NCBI GenBank assembly: GCA_016927685.1
Contig: JAFGMD010000012.1
Coordinates: 23,866 to 87,865 of the forward strand
Length of the DNA: 64,000 nucleotides
Direction of reading: 5' to 3'
Source of the DNA: Candidatus Falkowbacteria bacterium
Lineage (GTDB): Bacteria; Patescibacteriota; Patescibacteriia; CAIXNZ01
The notes below the pieces were generated by a model, which had not been told where the DNA came from, searched no databases, and saw only the letters and a list, made by a program, of their open reading frames with translations. Both the position numbers and the translations under genes were made by a program. Positions 17,730 to 27,458 of the stretch are shown here, piece after piece. Numbering within the stretch: the first letter of the stretch is position 1; the number at the start of each line of letters is the position of its first letter.

Positions 17730-20579
17730 TTATTTCACTAATTTTTTCAAAAATTGTCCAGTATAACTTGATTTTACCTTGGTAATATCTTTTGGTGTAC
17801 CTTGTGCTACAATTTTACCGCCCTTATCCCCGCCTTCAGGCCCCATATCAATCACCCAGTCAGCGGATTTGATCACATCCAAATTATGTTCAATCACCAA
17901 AACAGTATTGCCCTTATCAACCAATTTTTGTAAAACTCCCAGCAAGCGATTAATATCATCAAAATGTAAACCAGTTGTTGGTTCATCCAAAATATATAAT
18001 GTCATGCCAGTGGCTCGGCGTGAAAGTTCAGTGGCCAATTTAACTCTTTGTGCTTCACCGCCGGAAAGTGTGGTGGCTGGCTGGCCTAATTTTAAATAGC
18101 CCAAGCCCACATCATATAAAATCATTAATTTTTCGGCAATGATTGGTATGTCGGCAAAAAATCTTTTAGCTTCATCAACTGTCATGTCTAAAACATCAGC
18201 AATATTTTTGCCTTTATAATAAATTTCCAAGGCTTCTTTATCATAGCGCTTGCCATGGCATTCTTCGCATTCCACATAAACATCTGGCAAAAATTGCATT
18301 TCAATTTTCACCAAGCCCTCGCCACCGCAAGTTTCGCATCTGCCGCCCACTACATTAAAGCTGAATTTGCCAGCATCAAAGCCGCGCATCTTAGCTTCTG
18401 GCACTTGGGTAAATAAATCGCGGATGTATGTAAACACGCCAGTATAAGTTGCAGGGTTTGAGCGCGGTGTCCTGCCAATTGGCGATTGATCAACTGTTAC
18501 AACTTTATCCAAATTACTAATACCCACAATTTCTTTATGTTCGGCGGGCTGTTCCTTGGCTCTGAAAAAATGTTTGGCCAATGAGCGAGATAAAATATCA
18601 ATAATCAAACTGGATTTGCCAGAACCAGATACACCAGAAACCGCGATAAATTTACCGAGTGGAAATTTAGCATCCAGATTTTGTAAATTATTGGCTTTCG
18701 CGCCCTTCACTGTCACAAATTTGCCATTGCCTTTTCTATAATTTTTTCTTGGCTCGATTTTATATTTACCTGATAAATATAAACCAGTTAATGACTCTTT
18801 ATTTTTCTTAATTTTATCTAAAGTGCCAATGTCCACGACTTTGCCGCCATATTCGCCTGCGCCAGGTCCCATATCAATAACCAAATCTGCCTCTTCCATA
18901 ATTGCCTGGTCATGTTCTACCACGATTACGGTATTGCCCATATCGCGCAATTTTTTCAAACTCTCAATTAAACGCGCATTATCGCGCGGATGCAAGCCAA
19001 TTGAAGGTTCGTCTAAAATATAAATTATTTCAGTCAGCGAAGAAGAAATTTGTTTAGCCAAACGGATGCGCTGAACTTCACCGCCAGCCAATGAAGTCAC
19101 GCTTCTGTCTAAAGTTAAATAGTCTAGGGAGACATGATTTAAAAATTCCAAACGCCGAATCACCTCTTTCAAAATTTGTCTGGCAATTTTGTATTCATTT
19201 TCAGTAAGACCCTTGCCATTTTTTGATTTTTTATCTATATCAATGAAAAGCTCAACAAGATTTTCCAAACTTATGTCCACAAAATCAGAAATATTTTTAT
19301 CTAAAATTGTCACAGCCAAACTTTCTGGCTTTAGGCGCTTACCTTTGCAAACCGGGCAAATAACTTCGCGCATATAATCGCCTATTTCTGTACGCACATA
19401 ATCAGAATCTGTTTCTCTGTATTTCTTTTCCAAAAAAGGAATAATACCTTCAAATATATATTTTTTGCCATCAATATCTAATTGCTCATCGCCAGTGCCA
19501 TACAAAATAACCCTTACATCATCTTTCTTCATTTTCTCTACGGCTTTATCCAGCGGAATTTTATGCGCCTTGGCAGCAGCCGCCAAGATTTTATGCATTT
19601 GCGGCTGATTTGAAGTTAAACGCGTCCAAACTTTAATGGCGCCCTCTTCGATTGTTAAGCGCGGATTAAAAATAACCAATTCAGGATCAACTTCCAAATT
19701 TACTCCCAAGCCAGTGCATTTTGGGCAAGCGCCATGTGGCGAATTAAAGGAAAAACTTCTAATATCAAGTTCGGGCAAATTTATATCGCACTTAGAGCAA
19801 TGTAAATGCTGTGAAAATAAATATTCGGCATTATTATCCTTTCTATATATTTTGATCATGCCGTTTGATAAATCTAAGGCCTTTTTAATGGCAAAATAAA
19901 TCGGCGCATGGGTAATTTTCTCTATATTAACTTTTTCCACAAAAAGATGGTCAACCAAAGCGTCTAAATTATGCTCTTTATTTTCATCAATGACTGTCTT
20001 TTCAATTTCCATCATGTTATAAAATTTACCATCCAAGCGCAGCTGTAAAAAATTGGCCTTTTTCATTTTTTTAATCAAGTGATCTAGCTTGCCTTTCTGA
20101 CCGATGACAATCGGCGCTAAGACAGCAATGCGTGTCTGCGGCGGCAATTCTAAAATCTTTTCAATAATTTGCTTAATACCCATCTTTTTTATTTCTGAAC
20201 CGCAATTTGGGCAATGTACATGCCCGATTCTGGCAAATAAAAGACGGAGATAATCATAAATCTCCGTTATGGTGCCCACGGTTGAGCGCGGGTTTGAAGA
20301 AGTTGCCTTTTGATCAATAGCAATGACCGGCGAAATACCCTCTATCTGATCAACGTCCGGCTTATCCATTAAACCAATAAATTGGCGGGCGTATGAGGAT
20401 AAACTTTCTAAATATTGTCTTTGGCCTTCGGCAAAAATAGTATCAAAAGCTAAAGATGATTTGCCAGAACCAGATAAGCCGGTTATGACCACAAATTTAT
20501 TTTTCGGGATTTCCACATTAACATCTTTCAAGTTATGAACTCTTGCTCCTTTGATAATAATTTTGTCTTGTTTAGCCAT
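17730..20579 (-). CDS. uvrA: excinuclease ABC subunit A
   Basis: 949 aa. Two ABC ATPase modules (GLSGSGKSSLAFDT, GVSGSGKSSLI), zinc-finger cysteines and LSGGEAQR signatures. Confidence 0.95.
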   Translation of the reverse strand: MAKQDKIIIKGARVHNLKDVNVEIPKNKFVVITGLSGSGKSSLAFDTIFAEGQRQYLESLSSYARQFIGLMDKPDVDQIEGISPVIAIDQKATSSNPRSTVGTITEIYDYLRLLFARIGHVHCPNCGSEIKKMGIKQIIEKILELPPQTRIAVLAPIVIGQKGKLDHLIKKMKKANFLQLRLDGKFYNMMEIEKTVIDENKEHNLDALVDHLFVEKVNIEKITHAPIYFAIKKALDLSNGMIKIYRKDNNAEYLFSQHLHCSKCDINLPELDIRSFSFNSPHGACPKCTGLGVNLEVDPELVIFNPRLTIEEGAIKVWTRLTSNQPQMHKILAAAAKAHKIPLDKAVEKMKKDDVRVILYGTGDEQLDIDGKKYIFEGIIPFLEKKYRETDSDYVRTEIGDYMREVICPVCKGKRLKPESLAVTILDKNISDFVDISLENLVELFIDIDKKSKNGKGLTENEYKIARQILKEVIRRLEFLNHVSLDYLTLDRSVTSLAGGEVQRIRLAKQISSSLTEIIYILDEPSIGLHPRDNARLIESLKKLRDMGNTVIVVEHDQAIMEEADLVIDMGPGAGEYGGKVVDIGTLDKIKKNKESLTGLYLSGKYKIEPRKNYRKGNGKFVTVKGAKANNLQNLDAKFPLGKFIAVSGVSGSGKSSLIIDILSRSLAKHFFRAKEQPAEHKEIVGISNLDKVVTVDQSPIGRTPRSNPATYTGVFTYIRDLFTQVPEAKMRGFDAGKFSFNVVGGRCETCGGEGLVKIEMQFLPDVYVECEECHGKRYDKEALEIYYKGKNIADVLDMTVDEAKRFFADIPIIAEKLMILYDVGLGYLKLGQPATTLSGGEAQRVKLATELSRRATGMTLYILDEPTTGLHFDDINRLLGVLQKLVDKGNTVLVIEHNLDVIKSADWVIDMGPEGGDKGGKIVAQGTPKDITKVKSSYTGQFLKKLVK

Positions 20580-20728
20580 TGATTTTTATTTTAGTAATAA
20601 ATTTTTCCAGTTCCTAATATCCAATTTCTAATATCTAATTTCCGTCAAACATATATTACGGACATTGTATCACTGCCTAATAACCTAGTCAAGTAGGAAT
20701 GGGTTGAGGGCATAGAAATAAAAAATGG

Positions 20729-20758
20729 CTCCGCCAAATGACAGAGCCATTATAAATC
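20729..20758 (-). terminator. terminator of HTH gene (aatggctc ... gagccatt)
   Basis: 8-bp stem with T-run on the minus strand. Confidence 0.6.
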
Positions 20759-21232
20759 TTAGAGTAGCTCGGCAATTTCTTCCGGGCTAAGCGTCATGAT
20801 GTAATCATGGTATTTCACGACCTTACCCTTACCTTCGAGCAAAGCTCTGGCCTTGGCAAAGCCGACCTTTTTTATTAAGACCTCCATCAGAAATAATTCC
20901 TCATCCCTTTTTTTGCCCCTTTTTTTGGCTGCAACTGGCTTCAACGCTTGAGATTCGCCGACCTTATCGTTTTTCACTATCAGATGGTTGTTCCAAAATT
21001 GGATCAACCCATTAGCAATGCTCGCATACATGTAGCCGTGCGGCTCTTTCCGATTGACCCAATCGGATTTAATTGCCGAGACCTGGGTCTTTTTCCAACC
21101 GATCTCTGTAGCCATTTGTTCGTTGGAAATTGCCAAACGTTCTTGTAAATCAAAAACATTAATTGCCAATTCCCGAGCTTCCTGCTCCTTAGGGCCCTTT
21201 TTCCCGTAAAGAGGCAACCTTTTTCTCGCCAT
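20759..21232 (-). CDS. small HTH-type (XRE-like) DNA-binding protein, GC-rich
   Basis: The second in-frame ATG (MARKRLPLYG) has TAGGAGG 7 nt upstream; the ORF-track ATG at 21250 has none. Segment LAISNEQMATEIGWKKTQVSAIKS looks like an HTH. Confidence 0.5.
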   Translation of the reverse strand: MARKRLPLYGKKGPKEQEARELAINVFDLQERLAISNEQMATEIGWKKTQVSAIKSDWVNRKEPHGYMYASIANGLIQFWNNHLIVKNDKVGESQALKPVAAKKRGKKRDEELFLMEVLIKKVGFAKARALLEGKGKVVKYHDYIMTLSPEEIAELL

Positions 21233-21412
21233 CGAAAACCTCCTATTCAATTTTTAAAAATTGGGATGCAAGGGTTTATCACGTTTTACTTCTCCTAACC
21301 GCCTGGCAGGATTTTCAAACATTGACTAAGTCCTCACTTTTGGCTATCCCATGGTAACCATTTTGTCGATTTAACATCCTATCAAAAAAAAATAAAAATG
21401 TCAAGAGCCAAA

Positions 21413-21440
21413 AAAGCCGCTTTAATGCGGCTTTTTAAAA
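21413..21440. terminator. bidirectional terminator after por operon (agccgc tttaat gcggct)
   Basis: Stem with flanking A/T runs. Confidence 0.7.
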
Positions 21441-21444
21441 AAAT

Positions 21445-22341
21445 TTATTTCAAATTATATTTTTCAATATTTTTATCGGCAATATTTTGTATTTGTTTAA
21501 TTGCCTCTTTGCCTCTTTCATTCCCGAATAAGTGCTTGAAACGCTTGTGTAATTTTAAATATTCATCAACTTTGAGCGGTTCGCCGGGAATTTTCATAAC
21601 ATGATATTCATCGTCATAATATTCAAAAACCGGATAAATGCCTGTTTTGTGAGCTAGTTTTCCCATTTGGACAGCCATTTCATTTTCTACTCCCCAACCG
21701 GGTATGCAAGTCGTTAAAATTTCCAGATATTTTGGACCAGTAAATGTTAAAGCTTTTTTTACTTTATTAATAATGTCAGCCGGATAACCGCAAGTTGTCT
21801 GTGCTACATAAACGCAACCATGCGCGATAGCAATTTCTCCCATATTTTTTCTGATAAAAGCATTGCCCATGGACTTTTTGTCTGGCGGTGTCGTGGTGGT
21901 ATTGGCATCAAGCGGCGTAGCGCCAGATGCCTGATAGCCGGTATTAGAATAAACTTCAGTATTATAACAAACATATAAAATATTTTCCTTTCTCTCCCAC
22001 ATGCCTGAAATCAAGCCAAAACCAATATCAAAAGTGGAGCCATCCCCACCTTGTGCTAAGACAGTTATTTCTTTATCTAAGCCTTTTTGTTTCAAAGCTG
22101 CCAAAATTCCAGACGCTACTGCCGAAGGATTTTCAAATAAAGAATGGACCCAGGGAACTTTCCAGGACGAAGTTGGATATTTTGTTGTCGTAACTTCCAA
22201 ACAACCAGTCGCATTAGCAATAATGGTTTTTGACCCGCAAGCATCTAAAACTAAACGCGCTGACATAAGCTGACCGCAACCAGGGCAAGCCGTATGGCCA
22301 GGGGCTATTAAATGTTGATTTGGATTTTTATATTTTTGCAT
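21445..22341 (-). CDS. porB: pyruvate/2-oxoacid:ferredoxin oxidoreductase beta subunit (TPP-binding)
   Basis: GHTACPGCG, GGDG TPP motif and CxxC cluster. Confidence 0.9.
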   Translation of the reverse strand: MQKYKNPNQHLIAPGHTACPGCGQLMSARLVLDACGSKTIIANATGCLEVTTTKYPTSSWKVPWVHSLFENPSAVASGILAALKQKGLDKEITVLAQGGDGSTFDIGFGLISGMWERKENILYVCYNTEVYSNTGYQASGATPLDANTTTTPPDKKSMGNAFIRKNMGEIAIAHGCVYVAQTTCGYPADIINKVKKALTFTGPKYLEILTTCIPGWGVENEMAVQMGKLAHKTGIYPVFEYYDDEYHVMKIPGEPLKVDEYLKLHKRFKHLFGNERGKEAIKQIQNIADKNIEKYNLK

Positions 22342-22408
22342 AGAGTTATAGTGTTTTAGCGTTATAGAGTTATAGTCTAAAATTCTATAACGCTATAATT
22401 CTAAAATT

Positions 22409-23584
22409 CTAATCGGTGCAGCTAATAAAATGCATTTTATTAGTTTTGTCTTTTTTTATGTCAAAAATAATCTGTTCAATCATTTCCTTGGTCACGTCGC
22501 GGCCGCCTAGACCGACAATAAAGCTCTGGATTTTTGCTTTTGTTTGATTATAGGCCGCGCGTTTTATTTCTGTAGCCAAAACTCCTTCACTACCAAGCGA
22601 AATTGATTTATCAACTACAGCAATATATTTTGCTTTTGCTAAATGTTTAATTACTTCTTCATCAGCAAAAGGTCTGAAGGAAATAATTTTCAAAAGTCCG
22701 ACTTTTTGTTTTCTCTCTCGCATTTCATCAATGGCATCTTTGATTGTACCGCAAACAGAACCCATAGCTACTAAAATAACTTCAGCATCTTTAGTTTTAT
22801 ATTCTTCCACCAACCCGTTGTCGCCGATACTTCGGCCAAAGACTTTTTTAAAATCCGTATGATATTTTTTTATCAAATCAGAACTTAAATAAATATCTTG
22901 CGCCAATTGTTTTCTAATTTCCATATAACTATCAGGCGTAGCCAAACTTCCAAGCGTGACTGGATTTTTCACATCCAAATATGTCCCGATTGCTGGTTTA
23001 TATGGCGGTAAAAATTTATTTATCTGTTCTTGGCCTGGCATTAAAACGGGCTCGTAAGTATGGGTCAAAACAAATCCATCCATATTTACCATAACCGGCA
23101 ATCTTAAAGTTTCAGCTAGCTTGTACGCCAGCAAATGCAGGTCAATAATCTCTTGATTTGTCTCGCCATAAAGCATAAGCCAGCCAGCATCACGGATTGT
23201 CACTGCGTCCTGTTGGTCGTTCCAAATATTTATAGGCGCTGAAACTGCGCGATTGGCGCAAGTAATTACGACAGGCAATCTCATGCCCGCAATATTAAAT
23301 AAAACTTCAGTCATTAATAAAAGACCTTGAGAGCATGTAGCTGTATATGTACGCACGCCTGTTGCGCTGGCACCAAGCAAAAGAGAAGCTGCGGCAAATT
23401 CTGATTCAGTATTTATGTATTCAAAGCCTCCTTCACCGCTGGCTTTCATTTTGGCCAGGTCTTCAACAATATGCGTTTGTGGCGTAATCGGATAAGCAGC
23501 CACAACAGCTGGCTTAATTAATTTAATAATTTCAGCCACTGCATGCGAACCTTCTAAAAATTGTTTGCTATTATCTAATTTCAT
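22409..23584 (-). CDS. porA: pyruvate:ferredoxin oxidoreductase alpha subunit
   Basis: Start reassigned to MKLDNSKQFLEGSHAVAE (internal ATG at 23582-23584). The 86-codon N-terminal extension in the ORF track overlaps porD and is rejected. Confidence 0.85.
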   Translation of the reverse strand: MKLDNSKQFLEGSHAVAEIIKLIKPAVVAAYPITPQTHIVEDLAKMKASGEGGFEYINTESEFAAASLLLGASATGVRTYTATCSQGLLLMTEVLFNIAGMRLPVVITCANRAVSAPINIWNDQQDAVTIRDAGWLMLYGETNQEIIDLHLLAYKLAETLRLPVMVNMDGFVLTHTYEPVLMPGQEQINKFLPPYKPAIGTYLDVKNPVTLGSLATPDSYMEIRKQLAQDIYLSSDLIKKYHTDFKKVFGRSIGDNGLVEEYKTKDAEVILVAMGSVCGTIKDAIDEMRERKQKVGLLKIISFRPFADEEVIKHLAKAKYIAVVDKSISLGSEGVLATEIKRAAYNQTKAKIQSFIVGLGGRDVTKEMIEQIIFDIKKDKTNKMHFISCTD

Positions 23585-23621
23585 AATTCTATATTCTGTA
23601 TTCTTAATTCTATATTCTAAT

Positions 23622-23900
23622 TTATTTAAAATCATTTTCCATTCTAATCGCACTAACCGGACATTCTTTGGCGCATAAACCGCAACCTTTACAAAAATCC
23701 AAATCACGGTCATAAAAAATACGACCCTTACTGTTTTTTTCGCCAGTTGGAAAGCAAACTCCCTCGGGGCAAACTTTTCTACACACATCACAACCAATAC
23801 AGATCTCATGGTCAACAATTGGCTTTTGCGTTCGCCAACCACCAGTTTTATTTGTAATAGTTGTACCTGGATTTACCTCTAGTGGATATTTTAATTTCAT
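23622..23900 (-). CDS. porD: pyruvate:ferredoxin oxidoreductase delta subunit (2x[4Fe-4S] ferredoxin)
   Basis: CIGCDVCRKVCP and CKGCGLCAKECP motifs. Confidence 0.9.
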   Translation of the reverse strand: MKLKYPLEVNPGTTITNKTGGWRTQKPIVDHEICIGCDVCRKVCPEGVCFPTGEKNSKGRIFYDRDLDFCKGCGLCAKECPVSAIRMENDFK

Positions 23901-23901
23901 A

Positions 23902-24465
23902 TTAATCTAATTTATAATTTTTCTTAACCCAATCATAAGCTTCATGCATGGCTTTAATATTTTTATCAATAATCTCTTTGTCTAACCTTTCACCCAAATT
24001 TATTTTAATCGCTTTTTCCAGACTTTTTGTTGAAAATTTATAATAAGCCGCAAACGCACCCAAAAGCGCAGTATTTGTGATGGGCTTGCCAATTATTTTT
24101 AAAGAAATCTCATTGGCAGGCATACAAATAACTTTATAACTCACGCCCGGACAAAGCGCTTTGGGACTTTTATCGGAATTAATTATAATCACTGTATTTT
24201 TCTTGCAACCAGCAAAAACATTCTCAACTCCTAAAATTGATGGGTCTTGAATAATAAGATAGTCGGGATGATATACTTGCTCCCGGCTCCTGATAAACTT
24301 ATTATCAATTTTTACAAAAGCCGTAACCGGCGCCCCCCTTCTTTCTACGCCAAAAGAGGGAAAGGCCTGCGGTGACTTACCGTCTTCAAAAGCAGCAATG
24401 GCTATTATTTCCGCAAGCTTGACATTGCCTTGTCCACCGCGACCATGAATACGAATTTCTTTCAT
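23902..24465 (-). CDS. porG: pyruvate:ferredoxin oxidoreductase gamma subunit
   Basis: MKEIRIHGRGGQGNVKLAEII start, typical of the gamma subunit. Gene order gamma-delta-alpha-beta. Confidence 0.88.
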   Translation of the reverse strand: MKEIRIHGRGGQGNVKLAEIIAIAAFEDGKSPQAFPSFGVERRGAPVTAFVKIDNKFIRSREQVYHPDYLIIQDPSILGVENVFAGCKKNTVIIINSDKSPKALCPGVSYKVICMPANEISLKIIGKPITNTALLGAFAAYYKFSTKSLEKAIKINLGERLDKEIIDKNIKAMHEAYDWVKKNYKLD

Positions 24466-24468
24466 AAA

Positions 24469-25182
24469 TTATTGAGCTATTGATTGTTTAATTTTGGCAA
24501 TTAGTGTTTTAAAAGTATTATATGGGATGCCTCCGCTTAATTTATTGCCATTAATATAAAAAGTTGGAGTGCCGGTGATATTTAAAGTCAAGCCGTCTTG
24601 CATGTCTGATTTTATCTGAGAAAAATATTTTGCCTCATCAAGGCAATTATTAAAATTTGCAGAATTTAATCCCAAATTAAGTGCCAATGCCTTTAAATTT
24701 GAAGAGCTTAAATCGGTCTGATTTTCAAATAGCAGATCATGATATTCCCAAAATTTACCCTGTTCATTGGCGCATAAGGACGCCATAGCAGCTGTAAGAG
24801 CTTGGGGACTTGAAACAGGATTGGGAAAATTGCGGAAAATAATTTTCAGCGACGGGTCTTCCTCTGCGATCATTCTGACTATAAGCGCCTCTTGCTTGCA
24901 AACAGGACATTGAAAATCTCCAAATTCCACTATAACGATAGCTGCATTTTCATCGCCCAAAAAGGGGGAATCCTTCTTTTCTATAGTATCTCTTATGTTA
25001 TATGCTTGGGGTATTTTTAAAGAATTAATATTTTGACCGTTTATCTGATTTTTCGCGTCTATTAAAAAAATAATCTGGTATATTAATAACCCCGAATAAA
25101 TGAAGGCCAGTACGCAAATTATTAAAAAAATAATCCCCCACCATTTTTGGTGCCATTTTTTTTGTTTTTTTATTATAGCCAT
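24469..25182 (-). CDS. membrane-anchored DsbA-family thiol:disulfide oxidoreductase
   Basis: N-terminal TM. Thioredoxin fold with CPVC active site (FGDFQCPVCKQ). Confidence 0.8.
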   Translation of the reverse strand: MAIIKKQKKWHQKWWGIIFLIICVLAFIYSGLLIYQIIFLIDAKNQINGQNINSLKIPQAYNIRDTIEKKDSPFLGDENAAIVIVEFGDFQCPVCKQEALIVRMIAEEDPSLKIIFRNFPNPVSSPQALTAAMASLCANEQGKFWEYHDLLFENQTDLSSSNLKALALNLGLNSANFNNCLDEAKYFSQIKSDMQDGLTLNITGTPTFYINGNKLSGGIPYNTFKTLIAKIKQSIAQ

Positions 25183-25227
25183 ATAAACTATTATAACATA
25201 TTTAATACGATCGTCAGAGTTAAAAGA

Positions 25228-25256
25228 TTGACGGGATTTATTTCTTCTGATATACT
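25228..25256 (+). promoter_or_regulatory. sigma70-like promoter for secG (TTGACG-N17-TATACT)
   Basis: ttgacgggatttatttcttctgaTATACT. Confidence 0.5.
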
Positions 25257-25281
25257 TAATTACAAGTTAATAATTACTATT

Positions 25282-25491
25282 ATGATCTTAGGCATTATTC
25301 AAATTGTTTTAGCCGTCTTAATGGTTGTTGCTATTTTACTGCAACAGCGCGGCACCGGACTTTCTTCTGCTTTTGGTGGTGAAGGCAATGTTTATCGCAC
25401 CAAAAGGGGAGCAGAAAAAATAATCTTTATCGCTACTATAATTTTAGCAATCGCTTTCTTGGCTACGGCTTTTCTTAATGTTTTATTATAA
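25282..25491 (+). CDS. secG: preprotein translocase subunit SecG
   Basis: Start reassigned to MILGIIQIVLAVLMVV (ATG 25282). LLQQRGTGLSSAFGG signature, 69 aa. Confidence 0.8.
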   Translation: MILGIIQIVLAVLMVVAILLQQRGTGLSSAFGGEGNVYRTKRGAEKIIFIATIILAIAFLATAFLNVLL

Positions 25492-25530
25492 TTTTTAGTA
25501 CTCATATATAATTTTTAATTTTATTCTCTC

Positions 25531-27366
25531 GTGAACACTCTAATCAAATTGTTTTTAGTTTTGAGCCAAAACTTAAAGAGTTTTGTTATTTTTTGGTGGG
25601 ATAAAATCAGAAAAAAACAAAAACTGGCCAAACATCAAAATTTTGATAAAAAAATTGTAGCTAATTTGAGTAATAAAAAAATTCCCACTTGGAAACAATT
25701 TAAACGCTTGTCAATGTCTCTTACTCCGTTTGAAAATTTAGCTTTGAAAATATTATCAGGCCTAATCTTATTTTCTCTTGCATTTCTAGTATATTTTAAT
25801 TATTTCCAAAAATTAGTTGAAGTGCCAAAAAATGGCGGAGATTTCGTGGAAGCGCTAATCGGTTCCCCTTTATATGTAAATCCGATTTTAGCGCAAAGCT
25901 ATATTGATGCGGACATGGATCTTACTCGCCTTATTTTTTCTGGCCTTTTGAAATATAATGAAAATTTAGAACCGGTTCTTGATTTAGCGGAAAAATATGA
26001 AGCTTCTGAAGATCAAAAAACATACACTTTTTATTTAAGACAAAATGCCAAATGGCATGATGGCGAAAAAGTTACGGCCGGTGATGTTGTTTTTACTATT
26101 AACTGCATTCAAAATCCTGATTATAAAAGCCCTCTTTGGCGCAGTTTTGTCGGCGTGACTGCAGAAAAAGTTGACGACTATACTGTTAAATTTACGCTCA
26201 AAGAACCCTATGCGGCTTTTTTGAATTTATTGACAGTTGGACTTTTACCCCAGCATTTATGGTATGACTTTCCAGCACAAAGCGCTCGTTTAGCAATTTA
26301 TAATCAAAAACCAATTGGCAGCGGTCCCTTTAAGCTAAAGTCGTTAATTAAAGAAAAAAGCGGTATTATTAAGGCCTATACTTTGGAAAAAAATAATGAT
26401 TATTACGGCAAAATTCCTTATATAAACAAAATCATTTTTAAATTTTATCCTGACTACGAAAATGCCATAAATGCACTTACTAATAAGGAAGTGCAGTCAA
26501 TTAGTTTTTTGCCAAAAGAATATTTCAGCAAATATAGTAATAAGCGAGAAATTAATTTATATAATCTTGGCTTATCGCAATATACTGCCATATTTTTTAA
26601 TAAAAAAAATAATGCTCTATTAGATAATGATAAAATTCGCCAAGCATTGGCCTTAGCCATTGATAAAAACAAAATTATTGATGATGTATTGCAAAATCAA
26701 GGACAAATAATTGATGGACCGGTTTTGCCGGGATTTCTTGGCTATAATAAAGATATAAAAAAATACGAATATAATACTCAAAAGGCATTAGAAATTCTAG
26801 CTGCTGATGGGTGGACGCCCGATGGCGAAGTTCTAAAAAAGAAAGGCCAGGAATTAAAAATCGCTTTAACAACCGTTGAGCAAGATGAATATATTAAAGT
26901 GGCAACCATGATAAAAGATTTTTGGAATGTTATTGGAGTTAATGTAGAACTACAGATAATTTCACAATCAGCCATGGAAAATGATATTATTAACCCTCGC
27001 AATTATCAAGCCCTGCTTTATGGCGAAATAATAGGTTATGACCCAGATCTTTTTTCTTTCTGGCATTCTTCTCAAAGAGAAAGTCCTGGCGCTAATTTAT
27101 CAAATTATATTAATAAAAAAGTTGATCAATTATTAGAGGAAGCGCGCATTAATAGCGATATTAAAATTAGAGATCAAAAATATCAGGAGATGCAAAATCT
27201 TCTAATTGACGACTTGCCGGCAATATTTTTATACAGCCCCACCTATGCGTATCCTGTCTCAAAAGAAATTAAGGGCATTACCATCAAAAGGATAGCTACA
27301 CCTAGCGATCGCTTTATTAATATTGAAAATTGGTTTATAAAAACCAAAAAGGAATATCCAAATTAA
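25531..27366 (+). CDS. ABC transporter substrate-binding protein, family 5 (peptide/nickel-binding), TM-anchored
   Basis: 611 aa. N-terminal TM and SBP_bac_5-like architecture. Confidence 0.75.
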   Translation: MNTLIKLFLVLSQNLKSFVIFWWDKIRKKQKLAKHQNFDKKIVANLSNKKIPTWKQFKRLSMSLTPFENLALKILSGLILFSLAFLVYFNYFQKLVEVPKNGGDFVEALIGSPLYVNPILAQSYIDADMDLTRLIFSGLLKYNENLEPVLDLAEKYEASEDQKTYTFYLRQNAKWHDGEKVTAGDVVFTINCIQNPDYKSPLWRSFVGVTAEKVDDYTVKFTLKEPYAAFLNLLTVGLLPQHLWYDFPAQSARLAIYNQKPIGSGPFKLKSLIKEKSGIIKAYTLEKNNDYYGKIPYINKIIFKFYPDYENAINALTNKEVQSISFLPKEYFSKYSNKREINLYNLGLSQYTAIFFNKKNNALLDNDKIRQALALAIDKNKIIDDVLQNQGQIIDGPVLPGFLGYNKDIKKYEYNTQKALEILAADGWTPDGEVLKKKGQELKIALTTVEQDEYIKVATMIKDFWNVIGVNVELQIISQSAMENDIINPRNYQALLYGEIIGYDPDLFSFWHSSQRESPGANLSNYINKKVDQLLEEARINSDIKIRDQKYQEMQNLLIDDLPAIFLYSPTYAYPVSKEIKGITIKRIATPSDRFINIENWFIKTKKEYPN

Positions 27367-27458
27367 GGACTCTTTTTTATAAAAAATTAATCAAAAGGAC
27401 TCATTTGTTCTTTACTTTTTTACTTTAAAAACTTTTAACTCTATAACTAAATAAAATT

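Noticed and set aside
23585-23842. 86-codon N-terminal extension of the porA ORF (ORF-track start 23842).
   Set aside because: The extension overlaps porD on the same strand in another frame and is hydrophobic nonsense. The conserved alpha-subunit start MKLDNSKQFLEGSHAVAE begins at 23584.
25147-25281. 45-codon N-terminal extension of secG.
   Set aside because: The extension overlaps the dsbA-like start region and the secG promoter. Canonical SecG begins at MILGIIQ.
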